A stretch of 62,970 nt of DNA, counting the filler, from Thraustochytrium aureum (lineage: Eukaryota), in NCBI GenBank assembly GCA_012862495.1. It is 5 parts of 3 records of this genome, joined end to end, with 100 filler letters (N's around TTAATTAATTAA, not from the genome) between each part and the next. Parts side by side here need not be neighbours in the genome. Positions count along the whole stretch, not along the records: positions 21,890 to 28,679 come from BLSG01000123.1; positions 28,780 to 49,416 come from BLSG01000124.1; 3 more parts are not named here. One strand, given 5' to 3'. Under the pieces are notes generated by a model. That model was given only the letters and a program-made list of their open reading frames with translations, ran no database searches and was not told where the DNA came from. The translations under genes were made by a program, and so were the position numbers. Below are positions 24,842 to 36,686 of the stretch, one piece after another. Every line of letters begins with the position of its first letter. Within the stretch, counting starts at the first letter, position 1.

Positions 24842-27800
24842 ATGGAAGGCAAGGAGAGCAAGGGCGAGGGCAAGGAGGATGACCTCGCTGATCAGGTGTT
24901 TACGTTTGAAGGGCTGTTCAACACAAAGGAGGACAGGGTGGCAGACGTGAACGTGAATGAGCTGCCAGAGTCGTACGTGGGCAACAGCCGCAAGGAGGAG
25001 CTCTGCTTGCAGTACGTGGAGAATGTGGTGCGGCAGTTTGAAGCGCTCTTCCCGGAGCGCAAGCCACTGTTTCTTACACCGGAGAACGAATGCGGCGTGC
25101 CCAAGTTTGTTTGCACAACCATCCGGCCTACGCAGCTCCCCTTCAAACAGCTCTACAACGTGGGAACCGCAGCAGAGTTCTTCTCGCATTACATGCAGTA
25201 CGAGCCACTGGCCGACCCCGAGTCGCCCCCGGCGGTGCTGCCCTCGCCGACCATGACGCTCGAGACGCAGACCGGCGACTGCTTTGACCTGTCCACGCTC
25301 CTGTGCAGCTACTTGGTCGGCTCCGGCTACGACGCGTATTGCGTCCACGGCTATGCGCCGCAGGACGTCACGCTGCTGAACCGAACCACTGAGCGCTGCT
25401 CGCTGGAAGGGCGCGAGGGCCTCGTCAACCTCAACAGCGAGGAGCCAAGCGAGGAACTCGACATCATCGACTTGCGCGGCCCCGCGGCCTCGAAGGGCGC
25501 CGAAGCGGAAAACGCAGGGCTTGCGGGAGACGTCGCGCAAGTCCCAGATGAACAGGCAGGACAGGCCACCGGGGAGACCCAGCAGGAGGGCCAAGGCTCG
25601 GGCGAGTCCAAGTCGGGAGACAGCGACGAGTCCAAGGCGGGCGACGCAACTGGCCAAGGCGCAGCAGACGGGTCGGCCGACTCTCAAGGCGCAACCGACG
25701 AGCAGGGCGGGAGCGAAGCTGCAAACGCGGAGGCCGGCTCAGGGGGCGAGGCCTCCAGCGCTGCGCAAGACTCGGGCGAAGCCAAGGCGAGCGAGGATGG
25801 CGACGCCGGCGAGGGCAAACTCGACGAGGGCGACGACGGCGAGACCCACGCCGAGAGCGCCGAGGGCGACCAGCTTGCAGGCGCTGCCGGGACCGGGACG
25901 CAGGCCACGGCCTCGGCCTCCGCCGCAGAGGAAGACCCATACGCGGTCGACTTTACGGGCGTCAAGCAGTCCGAGTACCTCGCACGAATGCAGGCCCGAG
26001 ACATGAACAAAGAGGAGGAAAAGGGCCAGGCTGACTCGGACGACGAGCAAGAGCCCGAGGAGCGCGACCACCTTCACGGAAAGCGTGTCCACTGCTGGGT
26101 GCTCGTCCGTGCCGGCAGACGCAACGTGGACCAGAGCTTCTTTGTTGAGCCAAGCACGGGGCAGCTCTTCCACATCAACGGAAGCCCGTACCTTGGCGTC
26201 GAATCCGTGTGGAACAACAAAAACTATTGGGTCAACATGCAGCAGGACGCCGAAGACCCCATGAACATCTCATACAACCTCGATATGGACGAGTACTGGG
26301 AGTACATCTTTGTGACCCGCTCCAGGAGAAGGCCTCCAAGGCGAGCGAGCACGCAGAGGAAGCCCCGCTCGACGACCAGGCCGCCGCGGCCGCCGCCGAA
26401 GAAGCAGCAGCGGCGGCGGCCTCAGAGGCCAAAGAAGCCGAGGAGATGATCCTCGACCTGCCCCCGCCCTGGGCCGACAAGCTCGTCCTTTCCAGGGACG
26501 CCTACAGGCGGCGATACAACACGAGCGGCCAGCGCACGCAGCTGTTCTTCAAGAGCAAACTCGAGTCGTACGCAGAGCACCTCCACGCGCACGGGCTCGT
26601 CAAGCGCCTCGTGCTGTTTCGCGACCGGTCCCGCACTCTACCGCTGCAGGTGAGGGAGTTTTTTCGCAAACCGGAGGGACAAGCTGACTCTCCGCGTCCG
26701 CTACCCGCTCGAGGGCCGCGTTGTCGAGCACTTTGCGGAAGGCCGCGCGAGCGGGCTCAGGACGATCGACGAGATTGCCGGCAAGAGCCGCGACATCGTG
26801 TTCTACCCTGGCGCCCGCCTGGACGGTCTCGTGCGGCGCAACGAGGCCATCGGGGACCGCATCGTCGAGACGTTCCAGGCGCGCGACGACCACCTCGAGG
26901 TCCGCATCATCAGCCTGGTGCCACTCGACGCAGATGCCGGGGTGACTGCAGCGCAGGGGCGTCGCGCCGGCCGCGTCGCCGAGGAGAAGCAGCGGTCCGA
27001 GATCGGTGCGCTGTCCAAGAACGTGATGACGTTACCGCGAGCGAGCATGGGCGGCGACCTGGCCATCTTGAGCATGAAGCAGGTGTTTTCGCGAAACGCC
27101 CAGGTAGCAGCGGACGACGACATCGCCAAGCGCACCTTTGACCAGCACGGGGGGACGATTTCGGTCGTCTATCACTACGCCAAGGGAAGGATCACGCGGT
27201 CCTCGAGGCTGTTTCACAAGGACTCGAGCGTGCCCCCCGAGGTCAAGCTGGCCGGCGCCTTTGCCCGGCCTCTGCGGCCGTCCGAGGTGGAGGACGAGTT
27301 TCAGCAGCACCTCCAGGCCGAAAAGGACTGCTACCAGAGTATAAGGGACGGCGAGCGCGAGATCCAGGACGTCCTCGCGCTGCGCAAGCGCGAGGAGTCG
27401 CACATTGTGCTGGAGAAGTCGATCTTTGACACCGCGCAGGACAAGGCGAAAGAGGACACCATCAAGCAAGCCGAAAACCAGGTCAAGGAGGAGAAGGACC
27501 CGCGCCACGTCGACTACCTAACGCCGTTCCTGCAGCACATCCCCAACCTGGACAAGATCTCCCACGAGGAGGCCGAGGCCGCGCGCGACGCCTGCCTCAA
27601 GTCTCTCAAGGAGCGCCTTCTCGAGCGCGCCAACATCATTCAGTTCCGCCTCGACGAGGAGAATGCGCAGCTCGCCAAAAAGCAAGCCGCTTTCCAGCGC
27701 AGCCGCGACCACGTCGACGGGGCCGACCAAGACTTTGAGCGCTTTTGCTCGGAGGCTATGTTCCGCATCCAAATTCTCGAGCAGCGCCTCGCGCGCCACG

Positions 27801-27880
27801 AGGAGTCTGCGCTTTCCATCTACGCCAACCTCGACCAGAAGCTGCGCAACGACCCGCGCCTCGAGATACTCAACCAGTAG
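24842..27880 (+). CDS. DRC7: Dynein regulatory complex subunit 7 (DRC7/CCDC135); frameshifts ~26315 and ~26665
   Basis: LPESYVGNSRKEEL, RKPLFLTPENECGVPKFVCTTIRPT, GDCFDLSTLLCSYLVGSGYDAYCVHGYA, RVHCWV, FVEPSTG, YLGVESVWNNKNYWVNMQ, DYLTPFL, LLERANIIQ, EAMFRIQILEQRL, LRNDPRL. Confidence 0.94.
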
Positions 27881-28031
27881 CCCCGCGCCACAGCGCCAAA
27901 CCGCCCAACCAACAATTCAACCGTCTGCAGCCCCATGTGTCCCACTTGCTCCCACGAAACGCCCCGCGTTGCGGCCACGCCCGGTCCCGTCATCGACCTC
28001 CATCTCCACCACGAGCGCCACGTCCTCACGC

Positions 28032-28090
28032 CTGGCTGGCTGGCTGGCTAGCTGGCTGGCTGGCTGGCTGGCTAGCTGGCAGGCTGGCTG
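28032..28090. repeat. (GGCT)n microsatellite
   Basis: Directly visible. The same unit recurs inside the intron at 35755-35781. Confidence 0.9.
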
Positions 28091-28679
28091 GGCCAGACGA
28101 CACCCCTCATCAACACGACGAGCACCAGCATCAACGCGACGATCACCAGCATCAACGCGAGCAGCAACGCAGGCGTATCGGCCAAAATAAACGCAAGCAC
28201 CAGTTGGAGCATGAGCGCGAGCATCAGAACGCGAGCAGCAGCGCGAGAATCAGCATGAACGCGAGCAACATCAACGCGCCCGCCCAATGCCTCCCAGCAC
28301 CAACGCGGCCACCAGCCCACATCAGCGCAGCCACCAGCACATGACAGCATCAACGCGACGGCCATGAGCTCCATCGCGCGCGGTTCATCAGGGCTGCCGG
28401 GCGTGGACGGAGGGCGTGAAGGAGGGAGGGAGGGAAGTAGGGTGGGATGTTCTTGCCAGCAACATCGTCAACTCGTACAAAATACTGGTACTACTGCTGG
28501 GACGAGGAGGACACGAAGGACGCGCAGGCGACACCGGCAGACGCGCAACGCGCACGGGCACGGAGCAACGGAGCGAGGCGCGCAGTGCGCAGGACCCGGT
28601 GGAGGAGTACGGGCCGCGGCGGAGGGACACGGCTGGCTGTGGTCGCGCTGGGCTGGGCGCACGCACGGGAGCGTTGCCC

Positions 28680-28779
28680 NNNNNNNNNNNNNNNNNNNNN
28701 NNNNNNNNNNNNNNNNNNNNNNNTTAATTAATTAANNNNNNNNNNNNNNNNNNNNNNNNNNNNNNNNNNNNNNNNNNNN
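28680..28779. other. Artificial scaffold-concatenation linker
   Basis: N44-TTAATTAATTAA-N44. Confidence 0.95.
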
Positions 28780-30547
28780 CTCGTGTTGATGCTCTCGATA
28801 TTCCACGGCACGGCACGGTCGGCCATGACCCGGCCCGAGCCCCAAATCCACCGCCCAGTCGAGAGCTCGGCGCTGACCGCGTCTGCAAGCGCGTCCACGT
28901 CAGCCTTGAGCGAAGCCATGGCGGCGGCCTGATCCGACGCACGAGCACCGGCGCTCTCAGGGCCGCCCGGGAGTTGCGCGTCCAGCTGCGCCAGCGCCTC
29001 GTTCACGTCCTTGAGGTTTGCCTTTTGGTCCAAGAGCAGGCAAATGTCCTTGACCGAGGCCTTGTCAGCCTCGAGGCGGTGGAACTTTGACCGGAACTTG
29101 CGCAAGAGGGCAGCCAACTCCTCCCCGCTCAGATCGTCGGCGTCCTCGAGATCGTCAAGCGAGCCTTCACTGTCGTCGCTGTCCCTGGACCGCCGACCGT
29201 GCCGCCGTCGCCGACCAAGGGCTACGTCACGCAAATCGTTCCCATCGCTTCCCTCGTCGCCCTCCGAAGCGTTGTTGGCGCCAGAGGGGCCGAGGTAGCG
29301 CTCGAGGTCTCGATGGCGGCCCTTGTCCAGGCTGCTGCCGCGCTGGCGGCGTCGCCTGGACCGCTGCAAGCGGCGCGCTCTATCCGCTTGCGCCCCCTCG
29401 AGGGCCTCGATTCGGTTGAGATACTCTTGCACGAGCGCGAGGTCGGCCTTGTAGGCGAGCGTGTCTCGCACGTCGACGAGCTCCACCTTGGAGGCGAGCC
29501 AGGCCTGCACTTCATCCGTCGAGGCCTTGGTCTGCAGCTGCTTGGCGACCTCGGCCTTGAAGGCCTTCTTGTTCAGCACGCTGACGAGCTCCTTTTGGAT
29601 GCCAACGATGGCCTGCTTCACTTGCGCGGCGAGCGCGTCTGTGGCCGCAGCGACGCGCTCTTCCAGCTCTGCTGCGCCCACCTTGTCGCCGCACACTTTT
29701 GAGGAGCTCGCCACGCGTGGCCAGCTCGGCGAGCCGCTCTTCGAGGCGGCCGGCTTCGTCGCGCGCCGCCTGGATGGCGTGCGCTGTCCCTTCGCGCACC
29801 GCAGCGGCCGCCTGCTCGTGCAGGGAGGCGCCGAGCTCGTCCACGCGCGTGACGACTTGGCGGGTCACTTGCGACGCGGTCGGCCGGTCCGCGAGCGCGC
29901 GCGTTAGGGTGGCCATGTCCACCTTTTGCGCAAACACCTCGTCGAGCGTGGCGACCGAGGGCAGCTGCTCGACACGTTGGTCGAGCGCGTCAACCTGCGC
30001 CGCGAGCTCGCGCCGCAGCGTCGTCAGGTTCTGCTTGCGCGCCTCCGTTTCAAAGCCTACGACCTCCTCGACCCAGGCGCGCGAAGCCCCGCGCGCCGTA
30101 GTGGCCGCCTCTTCTTGCCGCGCAGCGGTGAGCGCCTTCACCTGAACTTTGAGCGCCTCGAGCTCGGCCTGCTGCTGGCGCACGAGGAGCTCCAGCGCGT
30201 TGCTCCCTTCGCCCATGCGCTGCGTGGCCAAGGTCATGTCCCCATACAGCTCCTTGAGGTCGCTCTTGTCGGCCTTGCCGGCCACGTGGGCGCGCAGGGC
30301 GTCGATTCCCAGCTCGTCGAGCCTCGCGGCGAGTTCGCGCTTCACCTCTGTCATCGTGGGTTTGTTCGACATGGACACGCGCACGCTCTCCACGTCCTCG
30401 GTCTTGGCGCTTGCATGAACTTCGCCCTCGAGCCGCCGCAGCTGCTCGCCCTGCGACCTCACGACGTCGTGGAGCGCCTTGAAGGTCTGCCGCACCACAT
30501 CCTGAATGTTGCGCCAGTCGTTGAGCCCCAGTCAGGAGGTCGTCCAT
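28780..30547 (-). CDS. Conserved protist coiled-coil protein with KAD-type repeats and probable C1q-like C-terminal domain (3' truncated; frameshifts ~30528 and ~29698)
   Basis: N-terminal DWRNIQDVVRQTFKALHDVV. Recurring KAD/KAS/KAN/KVD-xxD/E motifs. Ends GRWIWGSG..AVPWNIESINT at the linker. The C1q-like call rests on recalled protist homologues. Confidence 0.65.
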
Positions 30548-31406
30548 CTCTGGGGCGGCCCGGGCCTGTCCTGGCTCGACAGCAGACTATTCCACAGGCC
30601 CCGACTCGCCTTTTCACGCGCGCGGGCAGCCGCCCCGATCCGCGCCCGCACGCCTCTCGGGCTCGCCTTTCGGGCTCTGCTCGTGCTTGGTCAAGCACGC
30701 AACTGTCACATTATACTTGGACTGGCACCTGCCAAAACCAAAGCGCCAAAAAAAAAGAAAAAGCAAAACCAGAGCAAAATCTGTCGGTTCAGGAAACCAG
30801 AATCGACCAGAACGATCATTTTTGCCGCGCCCGCCTTGGAGCGCGCTGGCCGAGCGAGGCCACTGCGTCGGGCAACGCGAGCCTGGCTGTCTTGCCTNNN
30901 NNNNNNNNNNNNNNNNNNNNNNNNNNNNNNNNNNNNNNNNNNNNNNNNNNNNNNNNNNNNNNNNNNNNNNNNNNNNNNNNNNNNNNNNNNNNNNNNNNNN
31001 NNNNNNNNNNNNNNNNNNNNNNNNNNNNNNNNNNNNNNNNNNNNNNNNNNNNNNNNNNNNNNNNNNNNNNNNNNNNNNNNNNNNNNNNNNNNNNNNNNNN
31101 NNNNNNNNNNNNNNNNNNNNNNNNNNNNNNNNNNNNNNNNNNNNNNNNNNNNNNNNNNNNNNNNNNNNNNNNNNNNNNNNNNNNNNNNNNNNNNNNNNNN
31201 NNNNNNNNNNNNNNNNNNNNNNNNNNNNNNNNNNNNNNNNNNNNNNNNNNNNNNNNNNNNNNNNNNNNNNNNNNNNNNNNNNNNNNNNNNNNNNNNNNNN
31301 NNNNNNNNNNNNNNNNNNNNNNNNNNNNNNNNNNNNNNNNNNNNNNNNNNNNNNNNNNNNNNNNNNNNNNNNNNNNNNNNNNNNNNNNNNNNNNNNNNNN
31401 NNNNNA

Positions 31407-31886
31407 GATGCACTTGCGCGGGAGCGGCCGCTCCACCAGCCGGTCCGCTTTGCGCGCGCGGAGTTCCTCGGCGATGTCTTCGGCGCGGCGCCTCCTTGGG
31501 ACGTTGAAAATGGCTCGCTCGCGGGAGGTCGGCCGCTCCGGCTGCGCCGGCCGCGGAGCCGCGACCTGGCGCTCGCGCTCCCGCCGCTCCCTATTGGAGC
31601 GCGGGTCACTTGAGCCAGGCTGCACGTAGCACCAGTTCGACTGCTCGAGGGGGCCGTCCCGCCTGCGGACGCGCAACGTCGGGTACGCGGCGAGGGGCTT
31701 GTTGTGCGTCGACGCGTACAACCGATGCAAGAGCCTCCCGGCTTCAGTGTCGTGCTCAAACGATCGCCATGGCGCGTCTGGCGCTGCTGGGGTGTTGACG
31801 GGGGCGTTCTGGGGCCGGGCGCCGCCGCAGCTCGCCGCTGTCCTGATGAGGCGATGAGAACGGGCTCGCTGTTTCCTCGCTCTCAT
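31407..31886 (-). CDS. Hypothetical protein, possibly UPF0193/EVG1-like (3' end in gap; start uncertain)
   Basis: WRSFEHDTEAGRLLHRLY..KP..YP..IFNVPRRR..EDI.EEL looks like a conserved globular N-terminus. Family call is from memory only. Confidence 0.5.
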
Positions 31887-32602
31887 TGCCCTCGCCCGCC
31901 TGCCCATTGGGCACCTCAAAGACCAATTCCTCGCCACTATCCTCCCTGGTTGCCTTGGTCGCACGCCCCGGCGCCAAAACCATCGTGCGCTGCGCTGGCC
32001 TCCCCAGCGCGTCGGCGCGCTGGGAGGACCATGTTGAAGACGGAGCGAGGCGGCGTCGCCGCAACGAGTCCAGAGCAAAGGTCTCGCACCGACACCTGCA
32101 CCAGGACAGGCGCAAGCCGCAAGCAACGCTGTGTGCCCCAGGAGCGCGGCCGACCGTCGCGCTCTGCAGCTGCTCCGCCAGCAGCATCGAGCGCGGTCGA
32201 ATGCCAGAGATAGCCGTTGGTCACCTGGACTCGAGCGGGCTTCAACCAAAAAAAAAGCAAAGCGAAAGCGCTGAGGAAAAAGAAGAAAAAGAAACGTGTA
32301 TCGAGCGCGAGGATCGAACTCACGACCTTACGCGTGTGAAGCGCACGCTCTACCGACTGAGCTAGCTCGACTTGTGACCGTTGGCTGTCTGTGCCATCTG
32401 GTTGTGATCTCCAGGCGTCACGTTTAATATATACTTCAACGTGCGTCAAGGCGGATTCAGGTGATGAAAATCCAACGACGGTTCACCAGTTCAGACGCGC
32501 ATCGATCGATCGATCGAAACGGGCCGCTGCGAGGACGCACGGGCGAGACGCGAGCGACAGAGCCGGGGCTTTCTTGAGGCAGAGCAGCGACTGGCAGGCA
32601 GG

Positions 32603-33211
32603 ATGGGGGTCTCGGACAAGGTCAAGCTGCGCAACAGCGTGCCAGCGGCGGCCAAGATGCTCGACGAGCTGGCCAACCCAAAGTACGTGACGAAGGACAA
32701 GGCGATTCCGAGGAAGCTGCTGCAAAACTGCCGCGGGCTCGCGTTCATCACCGTGTACAAGGTGGGCCTCTTCATGATCGGCGGCAACCTTGGCGGCGGC
32801 TGCGTAGTGACCAAGGTGGATGATCCCAGCGAACCGTCCGGGTTTCGTTGGTCTGCCCCCCTCAGCGTCACCGTGGGCGGGCTTGGCGGTGGATTTGTGT
32901 TTGGCGGAGAGAAGATCAGCACGGTGATCGTGCTCAACACGCAGGGCGCCATAGACGGCTTCCTCGGCAAAGGCCAAGTCAAATTCGGCGGCGCCGTTTC
33001 ACTTGCGGCCGGCCCAGTGGGCCGCGAGGCGGCCGTTAACGTTGGCGTCTCGGACACCAAGGAGATCGTGCCGGCGTACAGCTATTCCATCGCCAAGGGC
33101 GCCTACATCGGCGCAACGCTCGAGGGCGCGCTGCTCAAGGTGATGGAGGAGGACAACGAGGACTTTTACTACAAGGGCGTCACCAGCGCAGACATTTTGG
33201 GCGGCAAGGTC
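32603..33211 (+). CDS. Ysc84/SH3YL1 SYLF-domain lipid/actin-binding protein (3' end in gap)
   Basis: IPRKLLQNCRGLAFITVYKVG, GGGCVV, WSAP, GGFVFGGE, SLAAGPVGR, YSYSIAKGAYIGATLEG, NEDFY, DILGGKV. Confidence 0.92.
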
Positions 33212-33759
33212 NNNNNNNNNNNNNNNNNNNNNNNNNNNNNNNNNNNNNNNNNNNNNNNNNNNNNNNNNNNNNNNNNNNNNNNNNNNNNNNNNNNNNNNNN
33301 NNNNNNNNNNNNNNNNNNNNNNNNNNNNNNNNNNNNNNNNNNNNNNNNNNNNNNNNNNNNNNNNNNNNNNNNNNNNNNNNNNNNNNNNNNNNNNNNNNNN
33401 NNNNNNNNNNNNNNNNNNNNNNNNNNNNNNNNNNNNNNNNNNNNNNNNNNNNNNNNNNNNNNNNNNNNNNNNNNNNNNNNNNNNNNNNNNNNNNNNNNNN
33501 NNNNNNNNNNNNNNNNNNNNNNNNNNNNNNNNNNNNNNNNNNNNNNNNNNNNNNNNNNNNNNNNNNNNNNNNNNNNNNNNNNNNNNNNNNNNNNNNNNNN
33601 NNNNNNNNNNNNNNNNNNNNNNNNNNNNNNNNNNNNNNNNNNNNNNNNNNNNNNNNNNNNNNNNNNNNNNNNNNNNNNNNNNNNNNNNNNNNNNNNNNNN
33701 NNNNNNNNNNNNNNNNNNNNNNNNNNNNNNNNNNNNNNNNNNNNNNNNNNNNNNNNNNN

Positions 33760-35446
33760 CCGGTGTTTGGGCAACCGCGCTCGCTCGGCGGCTCGCTCAA
33801 CTACGAAGTGGAACGAGCGCTGCAAGATGAGGGAGCGCTGTCGCCGGCGGCAGAGCTGGACGGTAGCGCCGCGGACGCGTGGGCGCCGAGCGCTGGCCTC
33901 CGCGGTGGCGCCCTAGACACCTCTGACCTGCTGCTCGGGCAGTTGAGATACGCGCTCAAGTCGAGTGGAGCGCAAGAGGACCCGCCCGGCACCGGCCCGC
34001 GTAGCAGCAGCAACAACCGCGCGTTGAGCCGGTCCTGCCTGGGAGGCGGGCCTGAGCCCCCGAACGCTACAGAGGCGAAGAGCAACTGTCTTGTGGCCAC
34101 CATTCATACGCTGCGAGGCGAGGTAGATGCTGTGGCGCTCTGGCGTGCCGAGCGTTTGAGCGGTTCAGGGCGCCGCTCGACGGGTCGAACTGGAGTCGCC
34201 TCACCAACGCGCCGGGAGCGCTTCGTGCTTCTCGGGTACAAGGCTATGCCGAACAAGACCCGCGTGACCGCGGTGCAACTTTTCACGATCTTGGGCAACC
34301 AAGTGCTCGTGTATGCGACTTTGACTGACGGCGCAGATGTTGCGTTGGAGCTCGCAGTTCTCAACGTCTCCAAGGACCCCGGCAGCGCGCTTGCTGTGGA
34401 CATCTCCGCGCCGCCGCCGCCGCCGCCGCCGTCGTCGTCGTTGTCAAGCCTTAGTGTTCCATGTTCGGGAGATCCTGTCGTGAGCCTCGAGGTCTGCGAG
34501 TCGTTGTCATTACTGGTCGGCGCCACCGCCGCGGGGGCATTGGTTTTCGCGCGAGTCGAAGCAGCGGTGGAGGACGCCGTGGTGAGGATAGATAACTACA
34601 CGTTTCCGCTCGCGCGGTCGGTCAAGGACTGCCTCAGCTTGGCCTTGCTCGGCACACGCAACGCGCGCCGTCCGCTTGTGGTACGTTTTCAATCTGTTTG
34701 TGTGCTTGCGTGCGTGCTTGCTTGGGTTTTGCGCCCACACGAGGGGGCCTTCTGTGCAGACGCGGGCTAACAAAATCACCGCTGTGGCGGCACTGCAGGG
34801 CCTCTTCGTGCGCCCCTCACCAGAGGATTCAAGCCGTTCGAGCATGAGTATCTTTGAGGGCGGACCTGGCGATGCATCGCAGCAACAGACCGCAGATATT
34901 CTTGTCGTGCAGCAGGACGGCCAGGCCGAAGTCTTGCGAATCAACGGGACGAGCTTCGGGGAGGCGCTTGGGCCGCTCCTCTCGTTCGAATTCGGTGACG
35001 CGCTAAACGGGCGATGCACGGTATTTACCAAGTCCACCGTGCCAATGCGCGAGACGCACTCCCATCGGCGCCCCTCCACGGGCTTGCCTGCAGGCAAGGC
35101 ATCCAAGTCAGCGCATGCGTTCTCGGTGCTTTTCCTCGCCGGGGTCACCAAAGACCGTGCACACGTCCTTTCGATGTGGGATTTGCGATCGCCAGAGGTC
35201 CAATTGGTTCGTCAATTCCCGCTTCCGGCAGGGAGCAGCGCGCAGGCGTTGTGCTTTGGGCCGTTCTTGAACGGACCCATTGTTTTCGCTGCCGAGAATG
35301 GCGTCCTTCACGTCTTGGACGTGGAGGGCCACGTCATCAAGCGGAGCTCCACGTTGGCGGGCCGCCGCGTGATAGCTGCGTTTTGCGAGCTAAACCGCGG
35401 CATTTGGTGCGTCACTAACGACGGTGGGCTGGCATGCCTGACGTAG
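33760..35446 (+). CDS. Hypothetical beta-rich (possibly beta-propeller) protein; intron 34681-34798; 5' end in gap
   Basis: A phase-0 intron GTACGT..GCTAAC..CAG joins two long ORFs. C-terminal part has WD-like strings (LSMWDLR, LCFGPFLNGPIVFAAENGVLHVLD). Confidence 0.6.
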
Positions 35447-35521
35447 TGCCGGCACCCGCTGCCACTCTGAGCACACACAAACACCACCACCACCCGTAGA
35501 AAGCCATGCCGTCTCACACTC

Positions 35522-36210
35522 TCACCCGCCGGCCTTGCGCATCCACGCCGGCAGCACCATGCTGCGGCCGCGACCAACCCCGAGCGGCACCGCACTCTGC
35601 TCGGCCGTCTGCGCTCCTGGAATCGTCGCATCTCCAGGCGCCAAGCGCTGTGCCTTGCGCAGGGCCTCGACGGCATCCTGCTTGCCCTGGTCTTCGATCC
35701 GTTTGCGCTGCGGCGCGATTGCCACCGCCGTCAGGCTAAATGCAATCGGTGCAAGCCAGCCAGCCAGCCAGCCAGCCAGCCTACTTACCTTGCGCTCAAG
35801 CGCGGCGACTTGGCGCTCCATGTCGCGCCTCTGCTCCAGCCGCTCGTGGTCGCGTCGTCGACGTTCAAGAACCACCTCGACGTCGTTTGGGCGGTTCGGG
35901 TCGTACTCTTCCTCGCCCATCTCCAAGTCGAACGACGGGGCCTCGAGGGACGCGCCGGAGGCCACTTCGGCCTTGGCCGTCGCGTTCCCCACCGAGCTTT
36001 GCAACGTCGCCGACTCGGACACTGCCGCGAGCGCAGCGGGCCGCGTCGGCTGCGCGGATGGCACCTCCTTGCGTCTATTCAGCAACAGGCTCGCCGGCCG
36101 CAGCCCGCTCGCCCTGCCAGCCGCTGCGCTAGGCCCCTTACCGCCGCCTGCGCGTCCGCGCGCCTCTGCCCGCCTCCCCCGCCTCCACTTCCGCCGCCAG
36201 CCCGCCGCGA
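35522..36210 (-). CDS. SPF45/RBM17 N-terminal-like protein; intron 35708-35788; 5' end in gap
   Basis: EEEYDPNRPND motif followed by a charged helix, then terminal GRGRSMVLPAWM. The 81-nt in-frame intron has GTAAGT, (GGCT)n, CTGAC and CAG. Confidence 0.55.
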
Positions 36211-36686
36211 NNNNNNNNNNNNNNNNNNNNNNNNNNNNNNNNNNNNNNNNNNNNNNNNNNNNNNNNNNNNNNNNNNNNNNNNNNNNNNNNNNNNNNNNNN
36301 NNNNNNNNNNNNNNNNNNNNNNNNNNNNNNNNNNNNNNNNNNNNNNNNNNNNNNNNNNNNNNNNNNNNNNNNNNNNNNNNNNNNNNNNNNNNNNNNNNNN
36401 NNNNNNNNNNNNNNNNNNNNNNNNNNNNNNNNNNNNNNNNNNNNNNNNNNNNNNNNNNNNNNNNNNNNNNNNNNNNNNNNNNNNNNNNNNNNNNNNNNNN
36501 NNNNNNNNNNNNNNNNNNNNNNNNNNNNNNNNNNNNNNNNNNNNNNNNNNNNNNNNNNNNNNNNNNNNNNNNNNNNNNNNNNNNNNNNNNNNNNNNNNNN
36601 NNNNNNNNNNNNNNNNNNNNNNAGTTTCACGCGAGCTGTGACCGGGAGCTTGCTGGCCGGCTGGCGGGCTGGCGCGCGGTGCTGGG

